Assembly: GCA_002499945.1 (NCBI GenBank)
Contig: DKYP01000100.1
Location: 5,384 to 69,383 of the forward strand
DNA from: Lachnoclostridium sp. UBA7097
GTDB lineage: Bacteria; Bacillota; Clostridia; Lachnospirales; Lachnospiraceae
Direction of reading: 5' to 3'
Length of the DNA: 64,000 nt
In this document: piece by piece, positions 39,823 to 50,064 of the stretch
Position numbering within the stretch: position 1 is the stretch's first letter
Layout: each line of letters starts with the position of its first letter
Position numbers and translations under genes: made by a program
Notes under the pieces: model-generated
Told to the model about the DNA's origin: nothing
Seen by the model: only the letters and a program-made list of their open reading frames with translations
Databases searched by the model: none

Positions 39823-41571
39823 ATGAAGAATTGTAAGACGGCGCAAAGACAAAGGCTTATATTTGCTTATGTTATGGTCTGCATATTAACACTTGCGTTA
39901 TTATGCAGACTTGCTTATTTAATGCTTGGCAAGGCAGATTATTATGGTGCAAAGGCAAAGGATGTACAGCAGAGGGAGAGGAGCATTAAAGCTGAAAGGG
40001 GCATAATTTATGACAGGAATGGTGTTGTGCTTGCTGGCAATAAACCGGTATCCACAATATCAGTAATACACAACCAGATTACTGACCCTGAAAAGGTTAT
40101 ATCCGTTTTGTCAAAGACACTTGGAATTGAAGAAGATAAAGTACGTAAAAGGGTTGAAAAAGTAAGTTCTATTGAGAGGATAAAGTCAAATGTTGACAAA
40201 AAGACATCTGATAAAATCCGTGATATGGGCCTTGACGGGGTAATGGTGGATGAGGATTATAAAAGATATTATCCATATGGAAACCTGGCATCAAGGGTTA
40301 TAGGTTTTACAGGTGCAGACAACCAGGGGATTATCGGGCTTGAGGTAAGCTATGATTCATACCTGCAAGGGGAAGACGGCAGTATACTTACAATGACTAA
40401 TGCAAGGGGCATTGAGATTGAGGGTAAGGCAGAAGACAGGATTGAGCCTGTAGCGGGGAACAGTTTTTATACAAGCCTTGATATAAATATACAAAAATTT
40501 GCGCAGCAGGCTGCAGAAGATGTACTGGAGGCGAAGAAAGCAAAGAGTGTACGGATAATAATGTTAAACCCGCAGAACGGGGAAATATATGCTATGGTTA
40601 ATGCCCCGGAATTTGATTTAAACAAACCATATGAAATAAGTGGCCAAGAGAACCTGTCACCGGAAAAGCTGAATGAAGAACTTAATAAAATGTGGCGTAA
40701 TGGATGTGTAAGTGACACATATGAACCAGGTTCTACATTTAAGGTATTTACTGCAACGTCAGCGCTTGAAGCAGGGGTTGTAAAAGAAACAGATACTTTC
40801 AGCTGTCCCGGGTATAAGCTTGTTGAGGACAGGAGGATAAGATGCCATAAAGTTTCAGGGCATGGAAGTGAAACATTTGTACAGGGGGTGCAAAATTCAT
40901 GTAACCCTGTTTTTATGGAGGTAGGGGCAAGGCTTGGCACAGATGGCATGTTTGAATACCTGGATAAACTGGGTATACTAAAAAAGACCGGTATAGATGT
41001 GCCTGGTGAAGCAGCTACAATAATGCATAAAAAGGAAAATGTGGGCGCTGTTGAGCTGGCTACAATGTCTTTCGGGCAGTCATTCCAGCTTACGCCAGTA
41101 AGGCTTCTGTCAACAATAAGCGCTGTAATAAATGGTGGTACACTAGTAACACCACATTTTGGTGTCAGCATAGAGAGCAGTGATAAAAGTGTTGTCAGGA
41201 AGTTTAAGTATGATAATGCAGGGAATGTAATATCCAAAGAAACATCTGAAAAAATGAAGGCAATACTGGAAACAGTTGTTTCGGAAGGCGGCGGAAGCAA
41301 AGCTTCTGTTGACGGCTATAAAGTTGGCGGCAAAACCGGGACATCAGAGAAACTTCCAAGAAGCAGTAATAAATATATAGCTTCATGCCTTGGGTTCGCC
41401 CCGGCAGAGAACCCTGTTGTGCTGGCACTTGTGCTTATAGATGAGCCGGAGGGGATATACTATGGAGGGCAGATAGCAGCACCAGTAATATCAAAGCTCT
41501 TAGATGATGCCCTTCCTTATCTTGGGGTTATAAGGGAAGAAAAACCAGAGGAAGAGACAAAAGAGCCATAA
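39823..41571 (+). CDS. second class B penicillin-binding protein (SpoVD/FtsI family)
   Basis: N-terminal TM helix, with GSTFKV, NSCNP and GKTGTSE motifs. Confidence 0.9.
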   Translation: MKNCKTAQRQRLIFAYVMVCILTLALLCRLAYLMLGKADYYGAKAKDVQQRERSIKAERGIIYDRNGVVLAGNKPVSTISVIHNQITDPEKVISVLSKTLGIEEDKVRKRVEKVSSIERIKSNVDKKTSDKIRDMGLDGVMVDEDYKRYYPYGNLASRVIGFTGADNQGIIGLEVSYDSYLQGEDGSILTMTNARGIEIEGKAEDRIEPVAGNSFYTSLDINIQKFAQQAAEDVLEAKKAKSVRIIMLNPQNGEIYAMVNAPEFDLNKPYEISGQENLSPEKLNEELNKMWRNGCVSDTYEPGSTFKVFTATSALEAGVVKETDTFSCPGYKLVEDRRIRCHKVSGHGSETFVQGVQNSCNPVFMEVGARLGTDGMFEYLDKLGILKKTGIDVPGEAATIMHKKENVGAVELATMSFGQSFQLTPVRLLSTISAVINGGTLVTPHFGVSIESSDKSVVRKFKYDNAGNVISKETSEKMKAILETVVSEGGGSKASVDGYKVGGKTGTSEKLPRSSNKYIASCLGFAPAENPVVLALVLIDEPEGIYYGGQIAAPVISKLLDDALPYLGVIREEKPEEETKEP

Positions 41572-41701
41572 GGCATGATAAGGCTTTTATGGGGATGTAA
41601 TTAAAAATTTAGAAAATACGGTTGATTTATAGGGGAGGTTGGATTACAATTAGAGAATTGTAGTTATACTGTTCTTTACAGGAAACAGACGGAGGCTGGT
41701 T

Positions 41702-42682
41702 ATGGATTACATGAGTACGGTGATACCCGTGCTTATGGCATTTGCCATAAGTGTAGTGTTGTGTCCCATAATAATACCTTTTCTGAAAAAAATGAAGTTT
41801 GGACAGTACGTCAGGGATAACGGCCCGCATGCGCACCTGAAGAAAGCAGGGACGCCTACAATGGGCGGGCTTATTATACTTGCATGCACCATAGTTACAT
41901 CGCTTATGTATACAAAAGGAAATAGTGAGATACTTCCAGTTCTTTTTGCAACAACGGGATTTGGCATGATAGGTTTCCTTGATGATTATATTAAAGTGGT
42001 AATGAAACGTTCACTAGGGCTTAAGCCATTACAGAAATTAGTATTACAGGCAGTTGTAACAGGGATTTTTGTTTATTATTATCTTGTAAAGCTTGGTTAT
42101 AAACCTGGGTTCCTGGTCCCTTTTACTGGCGGGATAAATGATGGTTATTATGTAACAATGCCATTGCCGGTATTTATAGTGTTTGTATACTTTGTAATGC
42201 TTGGAACTGTAAACGGGACTAATTTTACAGATGGCCTTGACGGGCTGGCATCAAGTGTTACATTACTGGTGGCAATATTTTTTACAGTTGTTGCTTCTGG
42301 CATGAAAAGCGGGATAACGCCTGTTACTGCTTCAGTAGCAGGCTCACTTATGGGCTTTTTGCTTTATAATGTGTACCCCGCAAGTGTGTTTATGGGTGAT
42401 ACAGGCTCGCTTGCACTTGGAGGTTTTGTATCATCTGCTGCACTTATGCTGGAACTGCCATTGTTTATTGTAATTGCGGGTGCAGTTTACCTTATAGAAG
42501 TCCTGTCAGTAATTATACAGGTTGTTTATTTTAAATTAAGCGGCGGCAGGAGGTTCTTTAAGATGGCACCAATACACCACCATTTTGAACAATGCGGCTG
42601 GTCAGAAACAAAGGTTGTTACAGTTTTTTCCGCATTTACTGCTGTAATGTGCCTTATATCGCTTGTTTCATTATACTTGTAA
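41702..42682 (+). CDS. mraY: phospho-N-acetylmuramoyl-pentapeptide transferase
   Basis: PTMGG, DDYIKV, NFTDGLDGLA, GDTGSLALGG, PIHHHFE. Confidence 0.95.
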   Translation: MDYMSTVIPVLMAFAISVVLCPIIIPFLKKMKFGQYVRDNGPHAHLKKAGTPTMGGLIILACTIVTSLMYTKGNSEILPVLFATTGFGMIGFLDDYIKVVMKRSLGLKPLQKLVLQAVVTGIFVYYYLVKLGYKPGFLVPFTGGINDGYYVTMPLPVFIVFVYFVMLGTVNGTNFTDGLDGLASSVTLLVAIFFTVVASGMKSGITPVTASVAGSLMGFLLYNVYPASVFMGDTGSLALGGFVSSAALMLELPLFIVIAGAVYLIEVLSVIIQVVYFKLSGGRRFFKMAPIHHHFEQCGWSETKVVTVFSAFTAVMCLISLVSLYL

Positions 42683-42739
42683 AAAAGTACAGGCATATAA
42701 TTATATTATAAATTAATAAAGTAAGGAATGAGGAGTAAT

Positions 42740-44125
42740 ATGCAGTTGGATGATAAAAGGTTTTTAGTTGTTGGTACAGGCAAAAGTGGTGTTGCGGCAG
42801 TATCACTTCTTTCAAAAAAGGTTACAGCATTTACCGGGGAAGGTGCAGGAATCATTGTGCTTGAAGGCAATGATAAACTTTCCAGGGAGGAAGTCCTTTC
42901 AAGGTTTCCCCCAGGGACAGGTTTCTTGCTGGTAATTGGTGAAGCAGATGACAGACTGCTTGATACTGTGGACATTGCAGTTATAAGCCCGGGAGTACCT
43001 GTGGATTCACCTCTTGTATTAAGGCTTAAAGAAAAAGGGATACCTGTATGGGGTGAAATTGAGCTTGCATATGTATGTGGCAAGGGGAAAGTATTTGCCA
43101 TAACAGGCACTAATGGAAAGACTACTACTACAGCATTAACAGGTGAAATAATGAGGACATATTTTGATGATGTGTACGTTGTAGGCAATATTGGCATGCC
43201 ATACACAGAATATGCTGCAAATATGAGTGATGGGTCTGTTACAGTTGCAGAGATAAGCAGTTTCCAGCTAGAAACCATACATTCATTTAAACCTGTGGCA
43301 AGTGCGATACTTAACATTACCCCTGACCATTTAGACAGGCATCATACAATGGAATGTTATATAGATACAAAAGCACGCATAGCCATGAACCAGGAGCCTG
43401 GTGATATCTGCGTACTTAATTATGAAGACCCTTATTTAAGAAAAGTTGCAGACAGCATTAATACTGATGTATTTTGGTTCAGCAGCGGGCATATATTAGA
43501 GCAGGGGATATGGCTTGAAGACGGGGATATAATGTACTGTGGCAAAGACGGCAGGCGCACCAAGGTCTGTTCTGTACATGACATGAAGCTTTTAGGGAAG
43601 CATAACTATGAAAATGTAATGGCTGCCACAGCACTCGCAATATATGCTGGTGTGCCAATGGAATGCATAAGGAAAGCTATAAAGGAGTTTAACGCAGTAG
43701 AACACCGTATTGAATTTGTACGTGAAGTAAATGGTGTAAAGTACTATAATGATTCAAAAGGCACTAATCCTGACGCCGCAATAAAAGCAGTGGAAGCTAT
43801 GGTAACAAAAACTGTTGTTATTGGCGGGGGATATGACAAACAGGCATCTTATAATGAATGGATTGCTTCGTTTGGTGATAAGGTAAAATGCCTTGTGCTT
43901 ATAGGGGCAACGGCAGATAAGATTGCAGATGCTGCTTTAAGTGCAGGATTCCAGAATATAATAAAAGCTTCTTCACTTGAAGATGCTGTAAAAATCAGCA
44001 GCAGGGAAGCAGGGAAAGGGGAAGCTGTACTTTTATCCCCTGCCTGTGCAAGCTGGGGCATGTTTAAGAATTATGAAGAAAGGGGCAGGCTTTTTAAGGA
44101 ATATGTAAACAGCCTGCCAGAATAA
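42740..44125 (+). CDS. murD: UDP-N-acetylmuramoylalanine--D-glutamate ligase
   Basis: VVGTGKSG, ITGTNGKTTT, NITPDHLDRH, NDSKGTNP. GAGGAG lies upstream of ATG 42740. Confidence 0.95.
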   Translation: MQLDDKRFLVVGTGKSGVAAVSLLSKKVTAFTGEGAGIIVLEGNDKLSREEVLSRFPPGTGFLLVIGEADDRLLDTVDIAVISPGVPVDSPLVLRLKEKGIPVWGEIELAYVCGKGKVFAITGTNGKTTTTALTGEIMRTYFDDVYVVGNIGMPYTEYAANMSDGSVTVAEISSFQLETIHSFKPVASAILNITPDHLDRHHTMECYIDTKARIAMNQEPGDICVLNYEDPYLRKVADSINTDVFWFSSGHILEQGIWLEDGDIMYCGKDGRRTKVCSVHDMKLLGKHNYENVMAATALAIYAGVPMECIRKAIKEFNAVEHRIEFVREVNGVKYYNDSKGTNPDAAIKAVEAMVTKTVVIGGGYDKQASYNEWIASFGDKVKCLVLIGATADKIADAALSAGFQNIIKASSLEDAVKISSREAGKGEAVLLSPACASWGMFKNYEERGRLFKEYVNSLPE

Positions 44126-44145
44126 AGGAAGGGGGAATTGGCAGG

Positions 44146-45294
44146 ATGCCCGGTACAGCCGCCAGACGTAAGAAAAGTTATATAAAGGCGTTTACGCAGT
44201 ATGATTATATGCTGCTTTTTATGACAGTCTGTATAGCATTATTTGGTGTACTGATGATATACAGTGCTGGTTATTACAGGGCTTCGACATTTAACCAGCC
44301 ATACCGTTTTGTAAAGTCACAGCTGCAGGGGCTTGGCATTGGCTTTGTGCTTATGATTGCCATTTCAAAAGTTGACTACCAGATATTTATACAGAAGATA
44401 ACAGGCAAGAGGTATTCACTTTCCCTTACACACTTAGTATACCTTGTGGCATTAGGGCTGCAGATAGCTGTATTATTTATTGGTGATGAATATAACGGTG
44501 CAAAAAGGTGGATTACAATAGGCCCGGTACAGTTCCAGCCCTCAGAGATAAGCAAGATAGCCGCCATACTTTTTATTTCATATGCAGTCTACAGGAACAG
44601 GAAAGCCCTTGACAGTTTTGCAGGATTTTTATCCGTTATGGCTTATATGATGCCATTAGTTGCACTTATTGCCAAAGAGAACTTAAGTTCCGCTATAATA
44701 GTGGGCGGGATATCAGTAGGAATGTGTTTTATAGCAAGCAACAAGAAAGGGTATTTTATAGTATGTATCCTGGTGCTTGTGGCGGTAATAGTGCTCTACA
44801 TAGTGTTTGGTGACCCGTTCAGGATGAAACGTATACAGATATGGCTTAATGTTGAAACACACCCTGATGCACAGCAGATTAAACAGGGACTGTATGCAAT
44901 CGCCTCCGGGGGGCTTTTTGGCAAAGGCCTGGGGCAGAGTATGCAGAAACTCGGGTTTATCCCTGAAGCATATAATGATATGATATTTACAGTAATATGC
45001 GAAGAACTTGGAATAGTAGGTGCAGCACTTGTAATAATTGCGTTTCTTGTATTATTCTGGCGCATAGTATTAATAGCCTGCCATGCACCCGATATTTTTG
45101 GCACAATGCTGTGTGTAGGGGTAATGGTACAGCTTGCAATACAGGTTGTAATAAATGTTGCAGTAGTAACCAATTCCATACCTTCAACGGGCATACCCCT
45201 GCCATTTATAAGTTATGGGGGAACATCCGAAATGATAATGATGGCAGAGATGGGTCTTGTGCTTGGTGTTTCAAGGCAGATAAAACAGAAATAA
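44146..45294 (+). CDS. ftsW: SEDS-family peptidoglycan glycosyltransferase FtsW/SpoVE
   Basis: About 10 TM segments, QPSE(I)SK, LPFISYGGTS, and a position downstream of murD. Confidence 0.9.
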   Translation: MPGTAARRKKSYIKAFTQYDYMLLFMTVCIALFGVLMIYSAGYYRASTFNQPYRFVKSQLQGLGIGFVLMIAISKVDYQIFIQKITGKRYSLSLTHLVYLVALGLQIAVLFIGDEYNGAKRWITIGPVQFQPSEISKIAAILFISYAVYRNRKALDSFAGFLSVMAYMMPLVALIAKENLSSAIIVGGISVGMCFIASNKKGYFIVCILVLVAVIVLYIVFGDPFRMKRIQIWLNVETHPDAQQIKQGLYAIASGGLFGKGLGQSMQKLGFIPEAYNDMIFTVICEELGIVGAALVIIAFLVLFWRIVLIACHAPDIFGTMLCVGVMVQLAIQVVINVAVVTNSIPSTGIPLPFISYGGTSEMIMMAEMGLVLGVSRQIKQK

Positions 45295-45312
45295 GATACA
45301 GAAGGACTGGCA

Positions 45313-46017
45313 ATGGCACGCTTAAAGAAGATATTATTAACTTTTATTTTTTTATTTTTGGTTATATGTGTACTGTATTTTGCATTCCATATAGATACAG
45401 TTGAAGTCGAAGGCACAGGGATTTATACAGATGAGGAGATAAAGGATTCTGTATTTAAATGGGAGTTTATGTATAACGGGCTTGTATTAAGGTTATATGA
45501 CAAGTATTTCCAGACAGGCGGGCTTCCGTTTGTTGAAGATATAGATATATATTATGAGGGACACAATACAGTTATACTCCATGTATATGACAAAACTATA
45601 AGCGGATGCATTAAATATATGGGGCAGTATGTATACTTCGACAAGGAAGGCAGGGTGCTTGAAAGCCTCCCAAGGAGGAGGAAAGATGTCCCTGTAGTGA
45701 CAGGTATTAAGTTTGGTGATTTCTCCATAGGCGAGAAGTTCAAGGTTGAAGATGAAACCTTGTTTGACGTTATAATGAATGTATCACAGCTTATAAGCCA
45801 TTATAATATGAGTGTTAAAAGGATACATATTAATGATGGTGATGTAACGGTGTATTCAGGCAATGTACAGGTGCACCTGGGGGAGAAGAAAATGTACAAC
45901 GACCAGTTTGCAGCACTGTCAGAAGTGCTTGTGACAACAGGCAAAAAAAAGCTTAGCGGTACTATAGATATGGAAAATTATAAAACTGGTGATAAAATTG
46001 TGCTTAAACAGAACTAA
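45313..46017 (+). CDS. ftsQ: FtsQ/DivIB-like cell-division protein (POTRA)
   Basis: N-terminal TM helix, a POTRA-like IDTVEVEGTGIYTDEEI, and a position upstream of ftsZ. Confidence 0.65.
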   Translation: MARLKKILLTFIFLFLVICVLYFAFHIDTVEVEGTGIYTDEEIKDSVFKWEFMYNGLVLRLYDKYFQTGGLPFVEDIDIYYEGHNTVILHVYDKTISGCIKYMGQYVYFDKEGRVLESLPRRRKDVPVVTGIKFGDFSIGEKFKVEDETLFDVIMNVSQLISHYNMSVKRIHINDGDVTVYSGNVQVHLGEKKMYNDQFAALSEVLVTTGKKKLSGTIDMENYKTGDKIVLKQN

Positions 46018-46116
46018 AGTTACTTTTCGTATCACTAAGATTAAAAAAAAACAAACATTCTCTTGATTATTCTCCAATGAATTAGTATTATATATGTTAG
46101 GGAAATATGAGATTGC

Positions 46117-47304
46117 ATGATTGAAGGAGGAGCAACGTTGTTAGAGATAAAGACAAACGAGGCAGATTTAGCCGCAAAGATTTTGGTTATAGGAGTTGGC
46201 GGTGGTGGAAACAATGCGGTCAACCGTATGATAGAAGAAGGAATACAGGGTGTGGAATTTATCTGTATCAATACAGATAAACAGCATCTTCTGAATTGTA
46301 AAGCCCCTGTCTGCCTCCAGATAGGGGAAAGGCTTACAAGGGGGCTTGGTGCGGGAGCTGACCCTGCAGTTGGCAAAGCCGCCGCAGAGGAGAACCGTGA
46401 AGAGATTACAGAGATAGTCAAGGGAGCTGATATGGTATTTGTAACATGCGGCATGGGAGGAGGTACAGGCACAGGTGCAGCGCCTATTGTTGCAGAGATA
46501 TCAAAAGACCTTGGCATACTTACTGTAGGCATTGTAACCAAACCTTTCCGCTTTGAAGCAGGAAGCCGTATGAAAAATGCTATTTCAGGGATTGAACAGT
46601 TAAAGAATAACGTAGATACACTTATTGTAATCCCTAATGACAAACTTTTAGAGATAATTGACAGGCGCACTTCAATACCTGATGCACTTAAAAAGGCAGA
46701 TGAAGTATTACAGCAGGGTGTACAGGGGATTACAGACCTTATCAATGTACCAGGGCTTATAAACCTTGATTTTGCAGATGTGCGCACTGTTATGAAAGAT
46801 AAAGGGATGGCACATATTGGTATTGGCATGGGAAGTGGTGACAATAAATGCCTTGATGCTGTTAAACAGGCGATTTCAAGCCCTCTTCTTGAAACGACTA
46901 TTGAAGATGCATCTCATGTTATTATAAATATTTCAGGAAGTGATGTAGGACTGCAGGAGGCAAATGAAGCAGCATTATTTGTTGAAGACCTTACAGGTGA
47001 GGACAGCAATATAATCTTTGGTATAAGTGATAATTCAAGCACAGATTTTGTACAGATAACTGTTATTGCAACAGGACTTGAAACAGAAGAACAGAAGGCA
47101 CAGACACAGCCAAAAACACCGTTTGCCAAGACAGGGGCTGCTGCTAAATCCGGCTTATCCCAGAAGGAGGGGCAGACATTACATATCCATAATACACAGC
47201 AGGCAAATCCAGAACCTGAAAAGTTTAAAATGCCAAAACCTTCATATAACAGGGGAGAGGACGGCGGTATAAAAATACCTGAATTTTTGCAAAGAAAAAA
47301 ATAA
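46117..47304 (+). CDS. ftsZ: cell-division GTPase FtsZ
   Basis: [26 protein letters not shown], a C-terminal linker and [11 protein letters not shown] 46138 (giving MLEIKTNE, with GAAGGAGGA 6 nt upstream) may be the true start. Confidence 0.95.
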   Translation: MIEGGATLLEIKTNEADLAAKILVIGVGGGGNNAVNRMIEEGIQGVEFICINTDKQHLLNCKAPVCLQIGERLTRGLGAGADPAVGKAAAEENREEITEIVKGADMVFVTCGMGGGTGTGAAPIVAEISKDLGILTVGIVTKPFRFEAGSRMKNAISGIEQLKNNVDTLIVIPNDKLLEIIDRRTSIPDALKKADEVLQQGVQGITDLINVPGLINLDFADVRTVMKDKGMAHIGIGMGSGDNKCLDAVKQAISSPLLETTIEDASHVIINISGSDVGLQEANEAALFVEDLTGEDSNIIFGISDNSSTDFVQITVIATGLETEEQKAQTQPKTPFAKTGAAAKSGLSQKEGQTLHIHNTQQANPEPEKFKMPKPSYNRGEDGGIKIPEFLQRKK

Positions 47305-47447
47305 ATCTGGAGGAAATTTCCAGACTATTTATCAATGCTTTCTTAATGGGTGTAAATATGAGAATGATTACATATTATAAATTAATTAATAGTCCGGGCT
47401 TAGGTTTTGACATGGTAAGTCCGGACTTGAATGTTTAGGGGGATTAT

Positions 47448-48314
47448 ATGGGAAAATTAAGGACAAGCTGCTGCATTAAGGTGCTTCTTATATTTGGCGG
47501 TATTATACTTATGCAGTTCTTTGCTGCCTTTATATATATATTTGCCAGTATTTTTATAATGGTATTTTCAGGTGCATCTTATACTGATGTGTTAAACAGT
47601 GTTTCAGAAACAGGACTTGCCAGCACAGACAGCGTTATGTGGATATCTGCAATCAGTGCCTCCCTTTCAATGCTCTGGTGCCTGGTCCTTTATTTGCGTT
47701 CCAGCTGGCGTGTAAAAGGCATGGATTACAGGAAAGTATTTTCACCTGCTAATATTGCTGCCATAGCTGCCACTGGCCTGGGAGGGTGTATAGTGCTCAC
47801 GGTATTTTTATCAATGCTTATAAACCTGTTCCCGTCTTCATTTAATAATTATAATGAACTTATGTCAAACTTTGACAGCAGCGGCGGGATACTTACATTT
47901 GCCTATGTACTGGTAATAGGCCCAGCATCAGAAGAACTGATATTCCGCGGGGCAATATTTGACAGGATGCACCTGGCATTCCCGTTCTGGACAGCCAATG
48001 CACTGCAGGCACTTTTATTTGGTATATACCATATGAACCTGGTGCAGGGAATATATGCCTTCCTGCTCGGGATGGTACTTGGAATGGTAATTTATTCAAC
48101 AGGCAGTATATTGTGTTCAATAGCAGTGCATATGGTATTTAATTCAACTTCGTATATTATACAGTTTATCTTTAACGGGAAGTCTGCAGTGATGGGAGTC
48201 TTATTCTTATTCTGCATTATAATGTCAATAATTATATTGGCATTTAGCCTGCATTATTATATAATTAAATGTAATGAAAAATATAAATGGGAGAAAAATA
48301 AAGGAAGGGGATAA
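47448..48314 (+). CDS. CPBP-family (CAAX/Abi) intramembrane metalloprotease
   Basis: Polytopic protein with EELIFRG, FGIYH and HMVFN motifs. Confidence 0.8.
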   Translation: MGKLRTSCCIKVLLIFGGIILMQFFAAFIYIFASIFIMVFSGASYTDVLNSVSETGLASTDSVMWISAISASLSMLWCLVLYLRSSWRVKGMDYRKVFSPANIAAIAATGLGGCIVLTVFLSMLINLFPSSFNNYNELMSNFDSSGGILTFAYVLVIGPASEELIFRGAIFDRMHLAFPFWTANALQALLFGIYHMNLVQGIYAFLLGMVLGMVIYSTGSILCSIAVHMVFNSTSYIIQFIFNGKSAVMGVLFLFCIIMSIIILAFSLHYYIIKCNEKYKWEKNKGRG

Positions 48315-48317
48315 TTT

Positions 48318-49997
48318 ATGGGGGAAAAGCTGGACAGATTTGAACAGTTTGATGATGTATTTAAAATAATTTCAAAATGTACAGACGACTATTTGTTTAT
48401 ATTAGATTTTATAGAAGACCATTATAATATTACAGAACGTGCAGCAGAGGTATTTAATATTCCTGGCAATGATTTTTATAATGCTACAGAAATACTAAAT
48501 AATGTTGTCCATCCTGAAGACAGGAAGATGCTTTCTGATAACCTGGAGAAGATTAAGGCAGGGGAAAGTGATTGCCATGACCTTGAATATAAGTGGATTA
48601 ACAAGGATGGAGAACCTGTGTGGATAAGCTGCCGTGGACAGGTTATCCGCAATGAACAGGGAAAAGCACATTTCCTTATAGGAAGGGTGTCAGAGCTTGG
48701 CAGGAAGAACAAGATTGATAATGTAACAGGGCTTTACCGTGAAATCAGCCTGCGCCAGAATATTGTCCAGATGGGGAAATGTGGCACAAAAGGGTTTCTT
48801 CTGCTTATAGGAATAGATAACTTTAAAGATATAAATGAAAGGTATACCAAGGAAGTTGGCAATACTACATTAAAAGGGCTGGCAAAGTGTGTCAAAAAGG
48901 CAGCAGGCAGCACGGCAGAGGTTTACCGTATGAGCGGTGATGAAATTATGGTTTTGTGCAAAAATATTGTTTCTGCCAGTAATGACCCTGCCAGGAATAT
49001 GTATAAAAAAATAAGGGCTGCAGTTGATGAAAGGATAGGCGAAAAGGGATACAGGCTTTTTTATACAATATCAGGCGGATATGTGTATTTTACAGAAAAA
49101 GATAAATTTGATTTTAATTATATCGAAAAGGCAGAGTTTGCATTAAGGATTGCCAAAATACGTGGCAAAAATATGTGTATATGTTATGAACAGAACGATT
49201 ATGATGAATATGTACAAAAGCTTGAAATGCAGGAAGCGTTAAGGAAAGCCGCTGAAAATGGTTTTGAAGGTTTTGAGCTTTATTACCAGCCTATTGTAAA
49301 TATGGAGAAGGCCTGTATTCATGGGGCAGAAGCACTTTTAAGGTGGCGGAATGAAAAGTTTGGCATGGTTTCACCAGGAATATTTATACCGCTTCTTGAA
49401 GAAAGCGGGCTTATAATACCAGTAGGACGCTGGGTTATTGAAGAGGCTATGCGCCAGTGCCTTAAATGGCAGGAAAAATGCCCTGGCTTCCGGGTAAATA
49501 TAAATATTTCATTTGTCCAGCTTAAGAAGAGCAATGTAATAAGTGATATTGATGCATATATTGAAAAATATGGTTTTAGCAGCGATAATGTATTATTTGA
49601 AATTACGGAAAGCGGTGAACTGGAATCAGGTTATGCTACACAAAATATCCTTGAATCATTCCATAGAAGAAGCTTAAACCTTGCAATAGATGACTTCGGG
49701 ACGGGTTATTCAAACCTGCGCTATATTAAGGAAATGATGTTTAACCTTGTAAAAATTGACCAGGCATTTATAAGAGGGATAAAATCCAGCCAGTATGATT
49801 ATATGGTTGTTAAGCAGTTTACAGAACTTGCACACAGCCTGAATTTAAAAGTGTGCTATGAGGGTGTTGAAACAGAAGAGGATTTTAAATGTGTAATGGA
49901 ATTAAAACCAGATTATATACAGGGGTTTTATTTTTCAAGACCTGTGCCAGTAGCAGAATTTGAAGAAAAATTTCTTGGAAAAGAGGATATGTATTGA
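48318..49997 (+). CDS. PAS / GGDEF (degenerate) / EAL signalling protein, probably a c-di-GMP phosphodiesterase
   Basis: PAS-like N-terminus. The GGDEF position reads SGDEI (48933-48947). The EAL motif is intact (EAL 49329-49337, in GAEALLRW), as is DDFGTGYS. Confidence 0.85.
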   Translation: MGEKLDRFEQFDDVFKIISKCTDDYLFILDFIEDHYNITERAAEVFNIPGNDFYNATEILNNVVHPEDRKMLSDNLEKIKAGESDCHDLEYKWINKDGEPVWISCRGQVIRNEQGKAHFLIGRVSELGRKNKIDNVTGLYREISLRQNIVQMGKCGTKGFLLLIGIDNFKDINERYTKEVGNTTLKGLAKCVKKAAGSTAEVYRMSGDEIMVLCKNIVSASNDPARNMYKKIRAAVDERIGEKGYRLFYTISGGYVYFTEKDKFDFNYIEKAEFALRIAKIRGKNMCICYEQNDYDEYVQKLEMQEALRKAAENGFEGFELYYQPIVNMEKACIHGAEALLRWRNEKFGMVSPGIFIPLLEESGLIIPVGRWVIEEAMRQCLKWQEKCPGFRVNINISFVQLKKSNVISDIDAYIEKYGFSSDNVLFEITESGELESGYATQNILESFHRRSLNLAIDDFGTGYSNLRYIKEMMFNLVKIDQAFIRGIKSSQYDYMVVKQFTELAHSLNLKVCYEGVETEEDFKCVMELKPDYIQGFYFSRPVPVAEFEEKFLGKEDMY

Positions 49998-50064
49998 TTT
50001 TTTATGCTGCCTGCAAATTATGGAATGGTGGCATATGTTAAACAGTTGATGAGGGTTTTTAGAT

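Noticed and set aside
40467-41300. 277-aa minus-strand ORF. Similar long antisense ORFs lie at 13080-13607, 14452-15033, 50628-51263, 53104-53637, 42706-43317 and 11943-12641.
   Set aside because: All lie antisense to genes with clear family motifs (PBP, ispH, rpsA, MBL, dGTPase, murD, flavoprotein). They have no RBS and biased composition.
46041-46844. 267-aa minus-strand ORF.
   Set aside because: It is antisense to the highly conserved ftsZ and therefore a shadow ORF.
47385-47437. Inverted repeat AGTCCGG ... CCGGACT between ftsZ and the CPBP gene.
   Set aside because: It is only 7 bp with a loop of about 23 nt and no T-run. That is too weak to call a terminator or regulatory hairpin.
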